DNA of 14,996 nucleotides from a virus (Duplodnaviria; Heunggongvirae; Uroviricota; Caudoviricetes): IMG/VR virus record IMGVR_UViG_2713896798_000009; one strand, 5' to 3'. Shown piece by piece: positions 13,779 to 14,996 of this stretch (position 1 is its first letter; each line of letters starts with the position of its first letter). The notes under the pieces were generated by a model. It saw only the letters and a program-made list of their open reading frames with translations, ran no database searches and was not told where the DNA came from. The position numbers and the translations under genes were made by a program.

Positions 13779-14996
13779 TTATTTTCTTCTGGCTACGGGT
13801 AGCGTGGTTACGTTTTCATGTGCTCCCGCCAGTATCCCTAACCGCTCCGTCCACATATCCAGCGCATCACGTTTCGCATCCAGATAACGGGAATGGTTAT
13901 AGACTCGTTGCATCCCTGGCATCTGATGACCTGTAAGCTGCTCCACGACGTGAGGATCCGCGCCTAAATCGTTCAGCATCGTTGTAAAGGTGCGCCGGAT
14001 GTCATGCAGTGACCATTGAGGGTGTTTTAGCCTCCTGTGCGCTAATCTGCCGTACTGCGATACGCTGGCCTCCTGTTTCACTTCCCCCAGCAATAAGCCC
14101 GTGTGCCTGTTCTGCTCCACCAGCTTCATGACAAACGGCAGGATCGCTTCCGGTATGGGCCGGAATATTGCGACCTTCGTTTTGCTGTGCTCCTTCGGAA
14201 CGGTCCATAGCATTTCCGTAAAATCCCACTCCCCGATCTCCGATAACCTCAGTTCTACCGTTCTGGCACCGAAGACAATCAGGAGGCGGATTAACGCGAC
14301 GTAGTAAGGGGAAAATATTTTTTTATCCAGTGCCTGCAATAACTCGCCAAGTTCTTTGGTGCTTAAGACACGCTCGCTTATATCCGGTTTTTTCCCAACG
14401 TCCGCAACGTTCAGATCGTCCAGAACGTTGCTGATTGCATAGCGCCGCCTACGGCAGAACTTAAGCGCCTGTTTGCACGCCTGTAGCACGAATCCGGCAG
14501 TAACAGGCGTTCGCTTTGCCACCTGGTCAAAACAAGCCAGCCAGTGCCGTAGCTCGCATTTATCCAGCGGCATAGCACCAATGTGCTGTATTACGTGATT
14601 ATTAAGTCGCCTTTTCAGGGCGATATAATCCACGCGGTTTTCCTTTACGTAAGACTCAAGCCAGTAGGTAAGCGCATCGCCAACCGTTACGGGCTTTAAC
14701 GCTTCCTGTACGGTGTAATTCATCTCATGACGTGGATTTTTCCCCTCAGCCAGCCATGCGCGACACTGTGCGGCTTTTTCCCTGGCTGCTTTCAGGCTCA
14801 GATCAGGATAACTTCCCAGCTTAATGCGTTCGGGTCGTGTCTCCCTTCCCGTTCCGGCCCTGTATGTGAAATACCATGTCAATTTCCCTGATGTTAAATA
14901 TTTCACGCTCAGGTTTCCGCCATCACTATAAAACGTGTTTTTCTCAGCTGGCTTACCATGAAGTTTCCTTAGCAATGTATCGCTCAGTTTGTTCAT
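13779..14996 (-). CDS. int: tyrosine site-specific integrase (P4-type, with N-terminal arm-binding domain)
   Basis: 405-aa ORF; N-terminus MNKLSDTLLRKLHGKPAEKNTFYSDGGNLSVKY...; C-terminal catalytic region with HDIRRTF...GH...RVYNHSRYL consistent with the conserved His and Tyr of tyrosine recombinases; ATG is the last codon of the window. Confidence 0.95.
   Translation of the reverse strand: MNKLSDTLLRKLHGKPAEKNTFYSDGGNLSVKYLTSGKLTWYFTYRAGTGRETRPERIKLGSYPDLSLKAAREKAAQCRAWLAEGKNPRHEMNYTVQEALKPVTVGDALTYWLESYVKENRVDYIALKRRLNNHVIQHIGAMPLDKCELRHWLACFDQVAKRTPVTAGFVLQACKQALKFCRRRRYAISNVLDDLNVADVGKKPDISERVLSTKELGELLQALDKKIFSPYYVALIRLLIVFGARTVELRLSEIGEWDFTEMLWTVPKEHSKTKVAIFRPIPEAILPFVMKLVEQNRHTGLLLGEVKQEASVSQYGRLAHRRLKHPQWSLHDIRRTFTTMLNDLGADPHVVEQLTGHQMPGMQRVYNHSRYLDAKRDALDMWTERLGILAGAHENVTTLPVARRK

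Noticed and set aside
13672-13887. 71-aa plus-strand ORF overlapping the int 3' end
   Set aside because: It overlaps the integrase gene and the phased TTGTT repeat array and has no RBS. The repeats are more likely protein-binding sites than coding sequence.

Overview
The window is almost entirely one integrative element of about 14.8 kb, best read as a capsid-forming phage satellite (cf-PICI-like), a class I believe has been described. It is bounded on the left by a 5' fragment of a TqsA-like transporter gene (1-135, frame breaks in an AT-rich junction) and on the right by a complete P4-type tyrosine integrase whose start codon is the last three bases of the window. Nearly all genes are on the minus strand. 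Right to left the modules are: int and alpA; a divergent promoter/operator switch with a small RHH-type regulator on the plus strand; a replication operon (three small ORFs, primase-helicase, iteron origin, two small ORFs, SSB, PerC-like regulator); a moron-like gene between twin terminators; and a full HK97-like head and packaging module (major capsid, prohead protease, portal, two head-completion proteins, HNH endonuclease, TerS, TerL). I see no tail, baseplate, lysis or DNA polymerase genes, and no tRNA, rRNA or CRISPR array. All calls rest on reading the six-frame translations and the sequence by eye; no searches or computations were run.
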